Source of the DNA: Protoeuglena noctilucae | Lineage: Eukaryota | Reading direction: 5' to 3' | DNA length: 64,000 nucleotides | Assembly: GCA_958009085.1 (NCBI GenBank) | Contig: OY253676.1 | Location: 124,001 to 188,000 of the forward strand | In this document: positions 43,509-57,700 of the stretch, piece by piece | How positions within the stretch are numbered: the stretch's first letter is position 1 | How the letters are laid out: the number at the start of each line of letters is the position of its first letter | Notes under the pieces: generated by a model | What the model was told of the DNA's origin: nothing | Database searches by the model: none | What the model saw: the letters and a program-made list of their open reading frames with translations, nothing else | Position numbers and translations under genes: made by a program

Positions 43509-43984
43509 TTACAGGCGAGGAGACGAGCGATGCACGGACGAGCGATTCGGGCACAGGCAGCGACTCGCCTGCTCAACCCAATGGCTCCCATATGCAGGAG
43601 ACAACCGACAGCACGCGCTGTGAGGGTTACGCATGGCGAACGTGACCCAGCGGGTCATCAGCAGGGCACCGTCCCGTGCACCCCCGGCAGGGGCAGCACA
43701 GGCAGCGCAGCCATGCATCCGCGCGTCACGTGCTGTGAAAAAGGGCCCGCTAGGTACACTGGAGAACGCAATCGGCGTGCAGGACTGCAAATAGGCGACT
43801 TGCAGCGAACTCGCCAGCCTCGCGCAACGACGGCCCAGCCAGAAGCCTAAACGTCTACATTGAGCTATCTGCGGCTAATGGTGGAGAAATTCGTGTCGTC
43901 TGCTCCTCCTACATTCAACACTCAGGCTCTCAGGCCTCGAGACGGATAGACGGCGCGCCGAACGCAACCGAAGCTGCTTTTGCC

Positions 43985-45238
43985 ATGACCGGAGCACTAT
44001 CTTGCCCTGCTAAACCGCCCATACGGCGACTTGCAACATCGTTATGCAATCGCGCCGTTCCACACGCGCATCGGGGGACGCATGGGCGAGTGAGGCAGGG
44101 CCATGATGTCGGATGCTGCAGCGCAAAGGAGGGGTCCTTTGGCGGCGCGGACTCTTTGGATTGGGAGACGATGGGAAGGTGACATCCGGCTGGTCGTGGC
44201 ATCGGCGCGGAGGACGTATGGCAGGTGCACCGCTGCACTCTCGCCAACCCGAAACGGTCTTCCGCACAGGCTTGCCAGGAGGACGGTTCTGCTAGCTTCG
44301 GCGCTGTCGTTCGCACGGCCATGCGCAGCGTCAGGAACCGCCACTGAGAGAATCGCGGGCCAGTACGACAAGTACAGGCGAGGCAAAGACGGCGTGATGG
44401 CTGACACCTTGAGAGCTAGCCCAAGAGAGAATGCGTTCACAAGACCCGCCTGTGCAGCGCGATGTATGATGCTCTGGACGGCGGCGCGGCGGCGGAGGCC
44501 CTGGGATTCCCAGAGCTGCGGTCGGCGCTGCTGTCGCGGGCTCGGGGACGCACGCTGGAGACGGCGGTGGGCACTGGGCTCAACTTGCCGCTGTACCCGG
44601 GAAACGAGGGGAGCGTGTCGTCGCTGACGGCGGTGGACGTGTCGCGGGGCATGCTGGAGCGAGCGAGGGCGCGTGCAGCGGGGGTGGGGACCGCGGTGGC
44701 GCAGCAGGCGACGTTTGTGGAAGGAGACGTGGCCCGTCTGCCCTTCGAAAGCGACAGCTTTGATACGGGTGAGAGAATGGCTTTGGTCTTGCTTGTTTTC
44801 TTCCTTTCCATGCACACCCGGGGTCATCCTTCGCTCTTGCGCGCCGCTCCTTACTATGAGACGGCACCCAGCACGCTCCAGGCACCCTCGTGCCCTGCCC
44901 CATCCCATGACCCACTCTCGCCGCTCTCGGCCCCCGCAGTCCTGGACACCTTCTCCCTGTGCGTATTCCCGGACCCCTCAGCCGCCCTCCGTGAGATGGG
45001 CCGCGTTCTGCAGCCCTTCGGGTCCCTCCTCCTCCTCGAGCATTCCCGCAGCGACAACCCGCTTCTGGCGTCGTACCAGGACCTGACTTCAGGGGCGGTG
45101 GCGGCCACGGCCAAGGGGTGCGTGTGGAACCAAGACGTGGAGGGGATGGTGCGGGCGGCGGGGATGGAGGTGGTAAACGCCCGGCGGGCCGCGGCAGGGA
45201 CCGTCGTCCTGCTCGAGGCGCGCAAGAGGCCCGCGTAG
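43985..45238 (+). CDS. Class I SAM-dependent methyltransferase (Methyltransf_11/UbiE-like), probably plastid-targeted
   Basis: YD.YS.MYDALD, TLETAVGTGLNL, AVDVSRGML, GDVARLPFESDSFDT|VLDTFSLCVF and LLLEHSRS. Confidence 0.88.
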
Positions 45239-45320
45239 CCCACATTGCCGGTTCAAGATTCGTTACGGTCATCGCGTCTTTGCTGACAAAAGATTACTGA
45301 CAAAGCCACAAGTCCATGTG

Positions 45321-47264
45321 TCAAGGCACCTTCCCGCGCACCCCACCGCCGTCTCCCTCCTGTTCCCCATTCCCCACCCCGTCCCCCACACCCCTTGCAG
45401 CCCCCTCTTCACCGCTCCCATCCGCTCCTCCCTCCTCATCGCCCCCCAGCTCCCCGTTCCCTTCGCTCGCACTCCCCGGCCCCTCACCCGCTCCCCCATC
45501 CCCATCATCCCCATCATCCCCACCTTCATCCCCATCCCCCGCACTCCCCGCCTCCGAGCCCCCGTTGCGCTTCCGCTGTGGCAGCGCAGCCGCGATCGCC
45601 TCCCGCGCAGACCCCCGCGACAGCATGCCATCCAGAATGGACACCACCTGGTTGACTGTGAGCACGTGCGACCCACTCATGCTCACGAGCTCCCGGATGG
45701 GCAGCTTGGCCGCCCGACACCCCATCTCACGCGCCTTGGCCAGGCAGACCCCCTTGTGGTGATTGCGGTCGATCAGGCCACCAATCACGTACACCTTGCC
45801 ACGCTCGATCGTCTGCGGGAATGAGGAGAGGACTGCAGGCGCTTGGATGGCCCACACACCCATGTCGCATCCCGCAAAGCGAGCAAAGACTGCGAACCGT
45901 GTCAGCTGCAGCTGCCCTGCATGCTTGGGATGCAACCAAGTGGTCCGCACCTCAAGCACCTCGTCTCCGTCCGCCGTCAGGTACACCACATCACCGATGC
46001 GGTCGCGGAACGCCTCCGCCACATCCTCCTTGTGTTTGGAGCTGCGGCGGGCGTGCCCACGACATCAGAAACGTGCTATGAAGAGTCGCAACCAGGGACA
46101 ACTGCATGCAACATCGCGATGTCGGCATGGCAGTGTGACTGAGAACCCCTCACCACAGCCACCGCTCGAATCCCGATATGCCGACCACTTCTTTCGCCAA
46201 AGGTGACTCGTCGCTCAATCCAGTCAGGTGCAAGTGGAAGGGGTCGGGCGAACGGCACACGATGCCGTAGCAGTGGGCCACTTGCTGCTTGAGGGACTTG
46301 TACTGCCGGGCGTTCATCAAATGCGCCCACGCCAAGTCAATCACGACATCCACCCCGGCACCCGCCACCGCACTGCGGGGGTGGCGGGCAGGATCCTACG
46401 CCGGGGAAAGCTCGCGCGGACGGACAGGAATGATCCGAAGAAGCAGTCCAGGCAGCCCGTCAGACCTTTTACCAAAACAATCCTCATATGGCCACGCCAC
46501 TTGCGGAGCCCACACGCGTTGCGCAGGCGGGCATGGTGATCGGGAGGGGTAAATTCATGTTTGCGTCATTCGGGGCCCGTGACTGCCTTACCGGGAACAT
46601 CGCGGCAATATACACCCAGCTGGGCCGTGCAAATGGCGCGCCCCTCACCGCTCCATGCGTGCCCGGCTCTCCACTTTCGCATGCGAGCGCTCTCTCCGCG
46701 CCTCCGCGCTCCGCTTCCGCACCAATTCAAGCATTGCGGCCTTAGCCTCCTCATCGTCCCTGCAAGCAGAAGCGGGGCTTGATATTGGCAAACTTGTCCC
46801 CACTGCACTGCAGCGCCCAACAGATTCGGGAAACGGGCGCGCCGAAGCTACATCGCAACCGCGCACACCTGCTACATCAATGCGGGCTGTTTCGTGCTCA
46901 TATCGACGTCGCTGAGAGCTGCCTAGACGCACCCGAGGGCTTGCAGGCGTGCCTCCAGCTGCTGTTGCCGCTGCTCCCGCGCCTCCTGCTGCTTCGCTTT
47001 CTTGCGGGCCTTCTCGTATTGCCTCGCAGCCTTGCTCATCTCCTGGCGCCTGCAGTATGGTCGCGCATCGCGTCGGCAGACACCCTGCCACCCCCGGGCC
47101 AGTTGCCGCCCAGAAAACCTGAACGATGCGACAGTCCGGGCGCCAACCACCCACCTCAGCCTCTTCAGTTGATTCTTGGACATCTTCTGCACATCCCCGT
47201 CCGCTTCGTTCTCCGCCTGCTCGGCTGGCTCGGCCGGCTCGGCCGGCTCGCCCGATGGCTCCAT
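45321..47264 (-). CDS. TRM10: tRNA (guanine9-N1)-methyltransferase
   Basis: MSKNQLKR, VVIDL..LM, SLKQQVAHCYG, VVYLTAD, VYVIGGLIDRNHHKG, AKLPI, VLTVNQV and ALPQRK. Confidence 0.93.
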
Positions 47265-47561
47265 CGCAGCCCACCCGAGCGATGGGTGGCTCTGGTGCAA
47301 AATCCTTCAGTTCACACGTCGCGCTGTCAATGAAATCGGGAGGGGACGGGCAGGGAGAATGCGTTTTGGCGAAGCTGCAGCCATGCAAGTACACTGACGC
47401 CACAAAACATCGGAGTCAGGCAGCTTGGGCGGACATCCTCACTCCCCGCAAGCTCCCATAGCTAGAAGCTGCACGACCGTAAGCCTCAGTGCTGTGCCAT
47501 AAGGTCAAAAGGAGGCACAGAACTCGAGTCTCGCCGAGTCCCTCGCACCCGTGCCGCGTCG

Positions 47562-49076
47562 ATGGCAGACGCCGCGCCCTTGCCTCCCGAGAGGATGGGA
47601 GTCGATGAGGGTGCCGCCGGGCCCTCGACGAGCCGGCGGGACAAGCCCATTTGCGTCATCGTCATCGGTGCGCGCCGCCACGCTGCCTGAGCTGCCCCGG
47701 GGTGCGTCGCTGGACCTGCGCAAGCCCGGATGCTGCTCACTTCCTCTGCGCAGGGATGGCTGGGTCGGGGAAGACGACGCTGATGCAGCGGATCAACAGC
47801 CACGTGCACGAGCGAACGCTCGCGTCGTACATGATCAACCTCGACCCCGCCGTGACGCACGTCCCGTTCGGCGTCAACGTGGACATCCGGGACACGGTCA
47901 ACTACAAGAACGTCATGAAGGAGTACGTGAGTGGCCGGGATTCTTGGCGGCCAGCTTAAGCTTCCTGCTTCCTGCCATCGACGCCCCGCGATGCGCTTGG
48001 TGGCCGCAGAACCTGGGTCCGAACGGTGCCATCCTCACGTCGCTAAACCTCTTCGCCACGCGCTTCGACCAGGTCATGACCCTCCTGACCAAGGAGCGCT
48101 CCCCACCGCTGAAGGTGCGCGTGCCGCACGCAGCGCAGTTGGCGGGGTACACGGGTGCAGCACGGTTAGACTTTTGCGTCCAGAGCAGGGCTTGGTCTTC
48201 GTTCCGGCCGCCTCTTGCGGGACTTGCAGCATTTCTCTACTCCCCGCCCTGCAGTACGTCTTTGCGGACACCCCGGGCCAGATTGAGATATTCACGTGGT
48301 CGGCATCCGGCTCCATCGTCACGGAAGCTCTGGCCACGGAGTTCCCGACGGTCGTGCTGTTCGTCGTGGACACGCCACGCTGTGCTGCGCCCCAGACCTT
48401 CATGAGCAACATGCTGCAGGCCTGCTCCATCCTCTACAAGACGCGGCTCCCCCTCGTGGTCGCCTTCAACAAGGTCGACGCCGCCCGGCACGAACCATGC
48501 GTCGCGTGGATGCAGGTGCCTGCCACCGCCTGCTTTTGAGTGCAAACCACGAACCAGCGAAGCGCAATCCTCCAACTGACGGTCCTGTTCGAAACCCAAG
48601 CGCAGGATTATGAGGATTTCCACGCGGCGCTGGACGAGGACCCGTCGTACGCGTCGACGCTCTCCCGGTCGCTCTCGCTCGCGCTGGAGGACTTTTACTC
48701 GGGCCTCGCCCACGTCGGGGTATCGGCCTTGACCGGCGAGGGCATGGACGACCTCTTTGCTGCCTTCCAGGTGCGTGCGCGAGCCTCTCCTGCCACAAAC
48801 GCGAAGTGCATTCGGTGTTGCTGCTCCATGTCGCTGGATGGGTGCCGCCCGCCGTCGCCCGGGGCCGCCATGTGGGCCCCGCGTTGTCATTCAATGCAGA
48901 AGGCCGCTGACGAGTACTGGGCGGAGTACGTCCCCGACCAGGAGCGCCGGCGGAGGGACAAGGCCGAAGCGGAGAGGCGGCGGGTCGAGGCGCAGGTGGA
49001 GAAGCTCCGAGCGGACATCCAGCAGGCCAAGTTGCAGGGCGTTCCCATCACCGTGCATCGGGCAGGAAATACGTAA
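47562..49076 (+). CDS. GPN1: GPN-loop GTPase 1
   Basis: [68 protein letters not shown] and FNKVD. Confidence 0.96.
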
Positions 49077-49326
49077 AAAAGGAAGTGCCGGGGGTCGAAG
49101 CCCTTGAAACGCCTTCGCTGGCGCATGGCCAGCGCCGTTTTCGCGCCGAATCTCGCGATGCCCGGGCGTCAGGACATCAGTTCGGCATCTTGTCGTTGTT
49201 GATTGCGCGTGTGAAGGATGAACTGCCCCTCCAGGAGTGCTGGACGGTGAAAACTGCTTTGCGGCGCTCGCTGCCGTTGTCAATCGAGCGTGAGACCCAC
49301 CCACCTCGCCTGACTTGAGTTACAAA

Positions 49327-52300
49327 ATGGCCGATCGTGGGCGAAAGGCCATGCCTTCGGCCAACCACATCTTGACGCAGCGGGAGGTCGAGCACAACAT
49401 GGCGCTGCATCACGAGAGGCTCGCGAAGATTGGACCGACACCTAAGCGTTGCGAGACAAGTGCGTGCGCCCGCCGACGCCCCCGGCTATGCCATGAAAGG
49501 CGTGGGGTGCCCGCGAGTCGCTGTCGCTCGCCTCCTGCGCTGATGTCGCTGCGCGCACGAGCGTCCCTCCGTCCCCGCAATCTCGTTGACACAAAGAGTG
49601 CGCACGTCACGTGCCATGACGCCCTGTCCCGTCTGTGGCACGCAGTGACGCACGACATGCCGCTGACCATGACCCTCACGCATGTCAAGACGCGCGCCAA
49701 GCAGCGGCAGCAAGAGGCCGAGTGGCGCGCGACAGTGCACGCGGACAACCTGCGGCTGCTCAAGAAGATGGAAAGGATCGGGACGCGCAAGATCACGGAC
49801 CTCACTAAGCCCGCGAGCTACCGTACCTCCATGCAATCGGTCGCGGCAGCGAAGGGGTGAGTCCGGCACGCTTCGTTCTGACTGCGATCGTGTGCGTGTC
49901 GCGGCTCTTGCGCCTCGGAAGCCAGGGGCGTTCACAGGTAGCCCTGAGCTGCGTACATGAGCGCGTAAACACACCCAACATCTTCCCTCCCTCAGCGTCG
50001 CCATGGACGCCACGACGTACCCTTACATCGACTGCCGCTTGGACAAACCCAACACTCCCGTGCTCGAGGGCCGGCAGAAGGAGCGGCTGCTGGAGGCGCA
50101 CCGCGTGTGGCGGGAGAACCAGGCCATCCTTGAGCGCATCACGAACGCACGCGCGACGAGGGAGCTCACGGTGGTGCGGGCCGGCGCTTGCGGGCGCCAG
50201 GGGTTGTACCATGTTTACCATGTGTACCATGCGTACCATGTATACCATGCGCAGGGTCGCAGAGGCATCAGAGCGTGTCGGGTCTGATCTCGAGCGTCGC
50301 CTCTCTCTTGCCCTGCAGCACCACCTGCGCAACGCGCAAGAGAGCCAGGAGAAGTACGCCAAGATCGCGCGCAACCCGTACGTCTCGACGCTGGAGCGCA
50401 ACCTGTTTGCGACGGCCCGGCCAGGGAGCTCCCGGCCGCAGAGCCCGCCGACCGGGGCGCGCCTTTCCTCCACGGCGCCCACGGCAGCGCTGCAGAGCCT
50501 GCGCCCGAGCACCGCACGGCCTGCCCGGACGCCGCTCGCCGCGCGGCCCGCTTGGGATAGCTCGACAGGTGCGTGGGAGATGCGTTGGGAGATGGCCTGG
50601 GGGATGCGGGTGCCCGTGAGCGAGGGCGGCATGCATGTCTGCAGTCTGCAGGGTTCCGCAGCCGCTGCAACTCACGCAGGGGTGGATCACAACATATAAT
50701 AGGAAATCCTCCTCGTCTGCAGATCCCCTCGCGCGGCCAGTCACGGCCAACGCCGCGGAGGAGGCTCCGTGGCGGCAGCCCATGCCTCTGTACGACCCCA
50801 GCCCATTCAACAGCGGCCGCTTCGAGGGAGGGGCGTTCACGGCACGCGCCGTGGCCAAGCAGGAACGCAGGCACAGGTCAGACTTATTCTAGAGTGCACG
50901 TGTCTAGCGACCATGCATTGGTTGGCACCCGTGCCATCGCTGTCTCCCCTGCCCGGTTGCGATGCCAGCCTCTTGGTCCCCACAGGGACGCCATCCGGGC
51001 CATGACGACGGGGCGCAACCCCATCAACTTCGCCCCCGAGGCCTACGCCGCTCCCACCCGGCCCCTGTCCCGCAACATCACGGAGGGTCCTCCCGAGCCC
51101 GCACCCACACCCTTGGGCTGGCGGCCACCCTCCGGCGCGCCCACCTCCCCGCAGCGCCGCTGGGTCCTGCCGCAAGCCCCGAGAGCGCCGCCGGCGTCGG
51201 CACCTGGGTACTCCCGCCCCTCCGCCCCCTCGGGCCCGCCCCCGGCAAGGGTGTCGGCCTGGCCGCAGACTGCGCGGCAGGTGCCCGTCGAGCGCCTCGT
51301 CACCCGGGACGCCAGCGAGGAGTTCCGGCCCCTGCAGGTGAGCAAAGACGTGACACGGCACACAGCCCTCTGCCCTCACCGCCATGCGACCTCCGCCTCC
51401 CGCACCCCTGCACATGCACTCCTGCCTCATGAACTGCGTGACGAGTGCTCGGCACAAGCGAATCCCTTGAGCCTCTCACTCCCCACGCGTGCTCCTGCGT
51501 CCTCTCTGCAGCGAAGCGGCACGGAGCAGAGTCGGTCGAGCAGCGGGACCCCGTCTGGGGGTCAACCCCCGGAAGCTGAGGACTCGGTGCACATCGTGGT
51601 GACCGCGGGAGGCAAAGAGATCGGGGACTTCACGCTCGGGTGAGTGATGAGTTGGGTCTGCGGCAGCAATAGGCGTGGTTCTCTTGTGATCGGGTGTGAG
51701 CACGATCAGGCTCACCAAGCTGTAGGGCTGACTGCGGCAAAGCGCCTATTCGCATCGTGTTTATTGTCCCTCTTGGTTGCCGATGCAGGAAGTCGTCGTC
51801 GCACTCCCATGACGCCCCCCCTGCCACACCCGCCACACCCGCCGCACCCGCCACGCGTGCCCCGGAGGTCGAGGCGACGCCCGAGGCTGCAGCGTCGACG
51901 GAGCCGCGCAGGGATGACGCGAGCATGCCCGACTCGCACCAAAGGGAGACGGTGACACCGTTTACGGAGGTGGAGCCACAGGCGCAAGTGCCCGAGAGCC
52001 GTGATGCGCCGGTCCCTGCACTTGTGAAGGAGGAGGAGGAGGAGGAGGAGTATGGTGGCGAGAGGTTCGAGGAGCACTCCGAGGGGCAGCGCGTTGCCGG
52101 GGGCGCGGAGGGAGCTGAGGCGGGTTCGGCGGCGGGTGCGGATGGGGAGGGGGCGGAGAAAGGGGCTGAGGCAGGGAGCGGTGGGGACGACTATGAGGAC
52201 GATTTCGAGGGTGCGGGGGGTCATGGGGAGGCGGAGGATGCCAAGCGTCGGCAAGAGATGGCGGCGGTGAAGATCCAATCGCTCGCCAGGGGCCGGCAGG

Positions 52301-54302
52301 GGCGCAAGCGGGCGGCCGCTCGCCGGCATGAGGTGGTCGCACGCAAGCGGGAGGTGGCGGCGGTGAAGATCCAGTCGCTGGCGCGGGGGCGGCAGGGGCG
52401 CAAGCGGGCAGCGCGTCGTCAGCAGGAGTTGCTAGATGCCAGGGCGGCAACGGCGGTGCAGGCGGCGGCTGCGGGGCACCTCGTCCGCAAGAAGACGGAG
52501 GCCCAGCGGTCTGCCAAGGCCGTGGATGCGGTAGATGATGCGGTGGGTGAGGATGGGCCCATGGGCGGTGGGGTCGAGGCGATTGGCATGAGTAGTGCGG
52601 TCATCGGCGATGCTGCGGTGAAGGAGCTGCTGAGCGAGGGAGCCGAGGCGGTTGACGTCGAGGGCTTTGGGGACCCGAGCGCGGGGGAGTTAGGGGATGT
52701 GGCGGAGGTGGGGGATGTGGTGGAGGCAGGGGATGTGGGTACATTGCCGAGCAGGGATGGGAGCGGAGTGGACGGAGGGGCGTCGGACGAGTACGCAGAG
52801 GATTTTGAGGAGCACGGGGAGACTGGGGGAGAGGGGCCTGAGGAATCGGGGGGGGCGCAGGGTGGGGAGGGCGAGGGAGGGGTGTCGAGGCAAGAGATGG
52901 CGGCGGTTAAGATCCAGTCGCTCGCAAGGGGGCGGCAGGGGCGCAAGCGGGTGGCCCGGCTGAGGGAGGAGCGGGCGAAGGCGACAGGCGCTTCGTCGGC
53001 GGTGGGGCAGGCAGGGCCTGGCGAGGTTGGGCAGGAGGCGACTGAGGCGACGGGCGGCGCAGAGGACGATGCGCCTGCCGCACCTGCCGCACAGGCCGGG
53101 GCTGACGGGGACGCCCTGCCGGCGACGGTGTCGGAGGCGCGGGCGTGGATGAAGCGCGCGCAGGGGACGCTGCTGTCCGGGGACCTTCCGATCGCCCTGC
53201 GTGACGCGAGCGCATGCGTGCGGGGGGCAGCGGCCATGGGCGGGGAGGACGACGAGGCTCTGGACGTGATGGTGGAGGCGATGAATGCGATGCGGGACTG
53301 GGTGTTGTCGGCATTCGACGAGGGCGGGGCCTCGCACGCCGCGCTGCTGTGCCACCGGGCGGGCATCACGGCCCCGGCGGAGCTGCTGGCCGAGAGCGGC
53401 GGCGCGGATGGCCTCATCGGGCGCGTCGTGGTCACCGGGGGCGTGCGGCTTCCTGCGGAGGAGGACCTGTCGCTCACTTCCACCATCGTCATTGGGGAGG
53501 AGCCGCCCGTGGCCCTCCCAGGGGGTTTGCCCCACGAACTCAACGTCGTGGAGATCCCGGTGAGCGTCAATTAGCTATACTAGCTATGCCAGTGGTCCTT
53601 GTCTTGAGTGGTCGGCAGGTCGGCAGCGCAGAGGAGTACACGCGTGCTATGCTGTGCATGGGCGGACGCAGAGTCGGGTTGCTTCGAGAGCTCCCTCACT
53701 CCGCTCGACCTCTCCTCGTCTCCTCGGAGTGGTATTCAACTGACTCAAGTGACGCTGATCAATGTGTCGGTCAAGGTGCCCCAGGGTTGTTTTGGAGAGG
53801 TGGGCCTGGAGTACTGCACGGTCCACCAGCCGCCTCCCAACCTCCCCGCGCTCTTCCTGCAAGGTGAGAGAGACTCTCACACTTGGCCCCCAAAACTGGT
53901 CGGGAGCAGCATCTACTTACCTCTCTGCAACGGTCAGCGTGCCTCATGCTTGCTTCTTACCTAGCTTCCTACTTATCTTCACCCTCGCGTCGTGCTGCAG
54001 GGTCCGGGCCAATCCTGCTGGAGAAGTCGTCCATTACGGGGGTGCAGGGCGGGAGCTGGCCCGCGGTGCTGGTGACTGCGGGGGCGGTGGAGATGGCGGA
54101 CGTGACGGTGCAGGGCTGCAGCGGCGCGGTGCGGGTGGCCGAGTCGGGGAGTGTCACAGTAAGGGGCGGCCACGTGACGGGCTGCGGGGCAAAGACAGAG
54201 GCGCTGACGGTGATCGGGGGGCGGATGGCGCTTGAGAACGTGCGCTTCACGGACGGCGGGGAGGAAGCCGTCCTGACCGAGACGATCCTGGCGCCCGCCT
54301 GA
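49327..54302 (+). CDS. Multi-domain protein: N-terminal CFAP97/KIAA1430-like region, Pro-rich linker, acidic region with IQ motifs, and a C-terminal beta-helix-like segment
   Basis: AKQRQQEAEWRATVHADNLRLLKKMERI and RVWRENQAILERI. Phase-consistent GT-AG introns link through to three AAVKIQSLARGRQGRKR repeats. The tail reads AVLVTAGAVEMADVTVQGCSGAVRV. Confidence 0.65.
50205..50249. repeat. Intronic 9-bp tandem repeat (NNTACCATG)x5
   Basis: TGTACCATG TTTACCATG TGTACCATG CGTACCATG TATACCATG. Confidence 0.9.
52253..52950 (+). repeat. Three coding copies of an IQ-motif repeat
   Basis: GCGGCGGT.AAGATCCA.TCGCT.GC..GGGG.CGGCAGGGGCGCAAGCGG at about 52261, 52357 and 52900. Confidence 0.9.
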
Positions 54303-54795
54303 CGTGGGCTTGCCGGTGTCTGGCGTTTCACGCGACAGCCCGGCGGGGACCGACCCTCCCTCTGTCGTGGCCTGATCACCACATGCTGTGGGAGGGAATG
54401 GTCGGCCAGCAGCTCTCTCTGCGCCACACGGAATGCAGCAAAGCAGTGCGTGTCCCAGTTGCCTGCACCGCACACACATGCCGACAGCATTTCCATGCGA
54501 TGTCTGCGGCTGGGCACTGCCCGAGCCCCACCACCTTGTTAGCACTAGCACTAGCGCATGCATTCTCGCACGCCCTCTTTGCTTTTTCCTAAACCTAACT
54601 GTCACGTGCGCGTCGCTTTAAGCGAGATTCGACCCATCGCTCCAAGCGCCTGATTCGAGCGATGGCTAGCCGACTACGGGGCATCGACGCGCGACGACCC
54701 TCGTCGAGAGTAACTACGAGTGATGCTGGACTAAAAGCTAAGCATCTCATAAGCAACCCAGGATGCACTGGGTAAGCCCAGGGTTCGCCTTTGCC

Positions 54796-57700
54796 CTACT
54801 TGGGGGGGTCCAGGATTCCCTCCATCTGCTGCCGCATCTGCGCCATGGCCGTGACGATCAGATAAGGGTTCTCCAGAAGCTTTTCGTCCCCACGCTCCTG
54901 GGCCGTCTTGACCACCTTGCGGAGGGCCTCACGGTACTGAGGGAAAGGAAAGCGGAGGACGCGTGTAAAAAAGTATTCACTGGACCGTTGACTTCTTCAC
55001 GAGGCATAATGTTGAAGAACAGCCTGCAACCGTTGGATTCGCAAGCGCAGGGTTGGCACCGGGCATCCCCATGCTGCACCCGCACCTGCTCTCCGTACGT
55101 GCGGCGGATGTACCGCTGCAGGAAGTCTGCTGCGTAGAAGCGAACCCGCGCATCTGCGGACACAAAAGCACCCACGCCGTCGTCCCACTGACACGGCACA
55201 GGCCGTCAGCCTCGGACTCTTGAAACCCCTCCCTCTGGCAGACAATCGACGCATCCATGACATCCCCGCGCATGGTTTCCATTTAAAAGCCCCGTCCGCC
55301 CTCGCGCTCGCTTACCCGGGTCCTGCAGGAAGCCCTGGGCGGCATGAACCGCAGACGCGCCACCTTCTGCGCCAGCCCCGGCCCTCATGGGCAGCCCCGA
55401 GCCCCACTTGGCGAGCAGCAAGACGACGAGCAGCAGTCGGGCGTCCTCCGCGGCCGATGCCCACGGCGACCAGGCCACGCTCCCCACGTCACGCTCCACC
55501 CGCGGGCAGGCCAGCAGCCCGCCCAGCGCCGCCTGGTGCGTCGCAAACTGCGCGGGCGACAGTGAATACGTGAGACTCAGTGCGGCGGCGACTGCGGAGG
55601 AAGCGCGGGCCGTCTGCGGGGCCTGAATTCGCTCGCAACTCGCGAATTGCACGCCTTCCCCCGCCGCGCCGCCTCCCCGCGCGCTCACCAGGGAGCACTC
55701 GCCCTGCAGAAAATCGATGATTTCCTGCACCAGACCTGCGTCCACGTCCCGGGCCACCGCGCCCCACAGCTCGGGGGACACCTCGACGAGCTCGCCCGCC
55801 ACGAGCGACCCCCAGCCGCCGGGGTACTCCGGCGCCTCGAGGAAATAGTTGACGGGAGCTGTATTGGGGTCCGCGACGTCGCTGAGCGAGTCGCGGCCCG
55901 CCGCGGAGGCCGGCGCGAGCATCCCGGCCCGGGACGACACGTGGCGTGATGGCGCAGCGTTGGCCGCGTCTGCGCCCGACTGCGGCGTGTCCGGGGCGCC
56001 GGAAGTCGACATGGCGCGCGCGGAGGCGGACGCGGAGGGCGTCGCGGGCGTCTCGGCCAGGAAGGGCAGCTCCTCGCTGTCGTCTGCGTTTTTGTCGACC
56101 AGCGCCGAGAGCAGCACCCTGGACGGGGGGCAAGGGGTGTACCGATGATGCGCATTGCGATAACACGTGACGCTTGGAATCGCGCACGTGGCATTGGGAG
56201 CGCTGTGGCCGCTGCTAACGGTGTCGGGCGAGCGACGGGCGTGGCGGAAGCCGGGTGCATCGAATAGATAGCAACGCGGAGGGTCACACCTGACGCTCCG
56301 CAGGATGGCGGGGAGCGCCCCGTTCACGTGCTTGTACTCCAGCAGCCACCGCGCGCCATGCACCAGCACCTGCATTGATCGAGAGCGCGGGGGCATGGGT
56401 CGGGTGGCAAGGCGATCACGGCACTGCCTATCAAGCTTGCACACGATGGCCCAAACCCGCACTCGCACCAGCCTGTTCAGCACTGCACGCCATGGCATGC
56501 ACCCGCTCCCCCCACAGCCTACCCCCATCCCCGCCTCACCTGCACCCCCTCCCTGCGGCTTTCCGCGGACATGACGTCGCCGGGGAGCGGCACCCGCGCC
56601 TTGCCGTGGCCTACGGGTAACCACGCCCGGACATACACCTCCAGACCTGCAAAGGGAGAAAGCGAGGACGGCAGGGGTGGGCGGACCGCAGAGGGGGTTG
56701 CAAAGCGTGCTGATTACCACGCATGATGTGACTCGGATACGCTGACCAGCGCACGGGCAACGACGGCAGTCAAGGCAAAAAGACAATACATCATTTGGAC
56801 TACCCACCATGTTCTGACGGTGCCCCCGTTCCCCTCCACTTCGCCAAACCAACTGCACCCATCCACTTGCCTTCGACGAGCGTCTGCAGCGCCATGGGCC
56901 CGATGACGCCGCACCGCTGCAGGAGCGGCACGAGCACGCACGCCCGCAGCCGCGTGTCGCAGTCGTCGCGCACGCGGGGAACGTCCAGCCCCGCCGGCCC
57001 GCCGCCCTCGTGCGCGATCGGCACGGGGAGCACCCCGTTGCGCAGCGTGCGCTCCAGCCGCCCGATCTCGTCCCCGCCCAGCGTGCCCCCGAAGCCCGAC
57101 AGGATGGGGACCAGCTTGCGGTCCGCTGCCGCCTCGAACAGCGCCCGCACCCAGACGAGGATTGTGGGGAATGCCCTGCTCAGGTCCTCGGAGCACCGCA
57201 GGAAGAGATCGTCCAGTGCGTCCCATGCTTCGACGGTGGCGCCGTGAGCGCCGCGGGGCTCCTTGAGGGATGAGACTGGGGGGTTTGAGAGGGGGGTGGT
57301 GGTGAGGGGGGAGGGGGGGGGGGGGGGGGGGGTGAGTGAGCAAGGGCGGAGAGCAGCTGTAATTTCTAACCCTATCCTCCACACGGGAAGATTTCGTTAC
57401 ACAGAACATAGATAGAACATAGAACAATGACATCCTGTTACCCCCCACTCTGCTCACCCGTGACTTGCAGGTGGTGTGCGGTGGATTCCGGCTCTGTGGG
57501 CGGCAGCTGCACCAACGCACGCGCGGCCACCTGCATCTCTTGCAAGACCGTCTGCGGGTAGGAGTGGGGCATACGATGACTCGAAATGCAAGATGACGAC
57601 CACATTTGACGAGCGGAGTGCTCGCATCGCTCTGCTTGTTGGTTGCTTCTAAACAATACTTACACCCGCCAACAGCATCATCCTCTTGATCCCCCCTATC

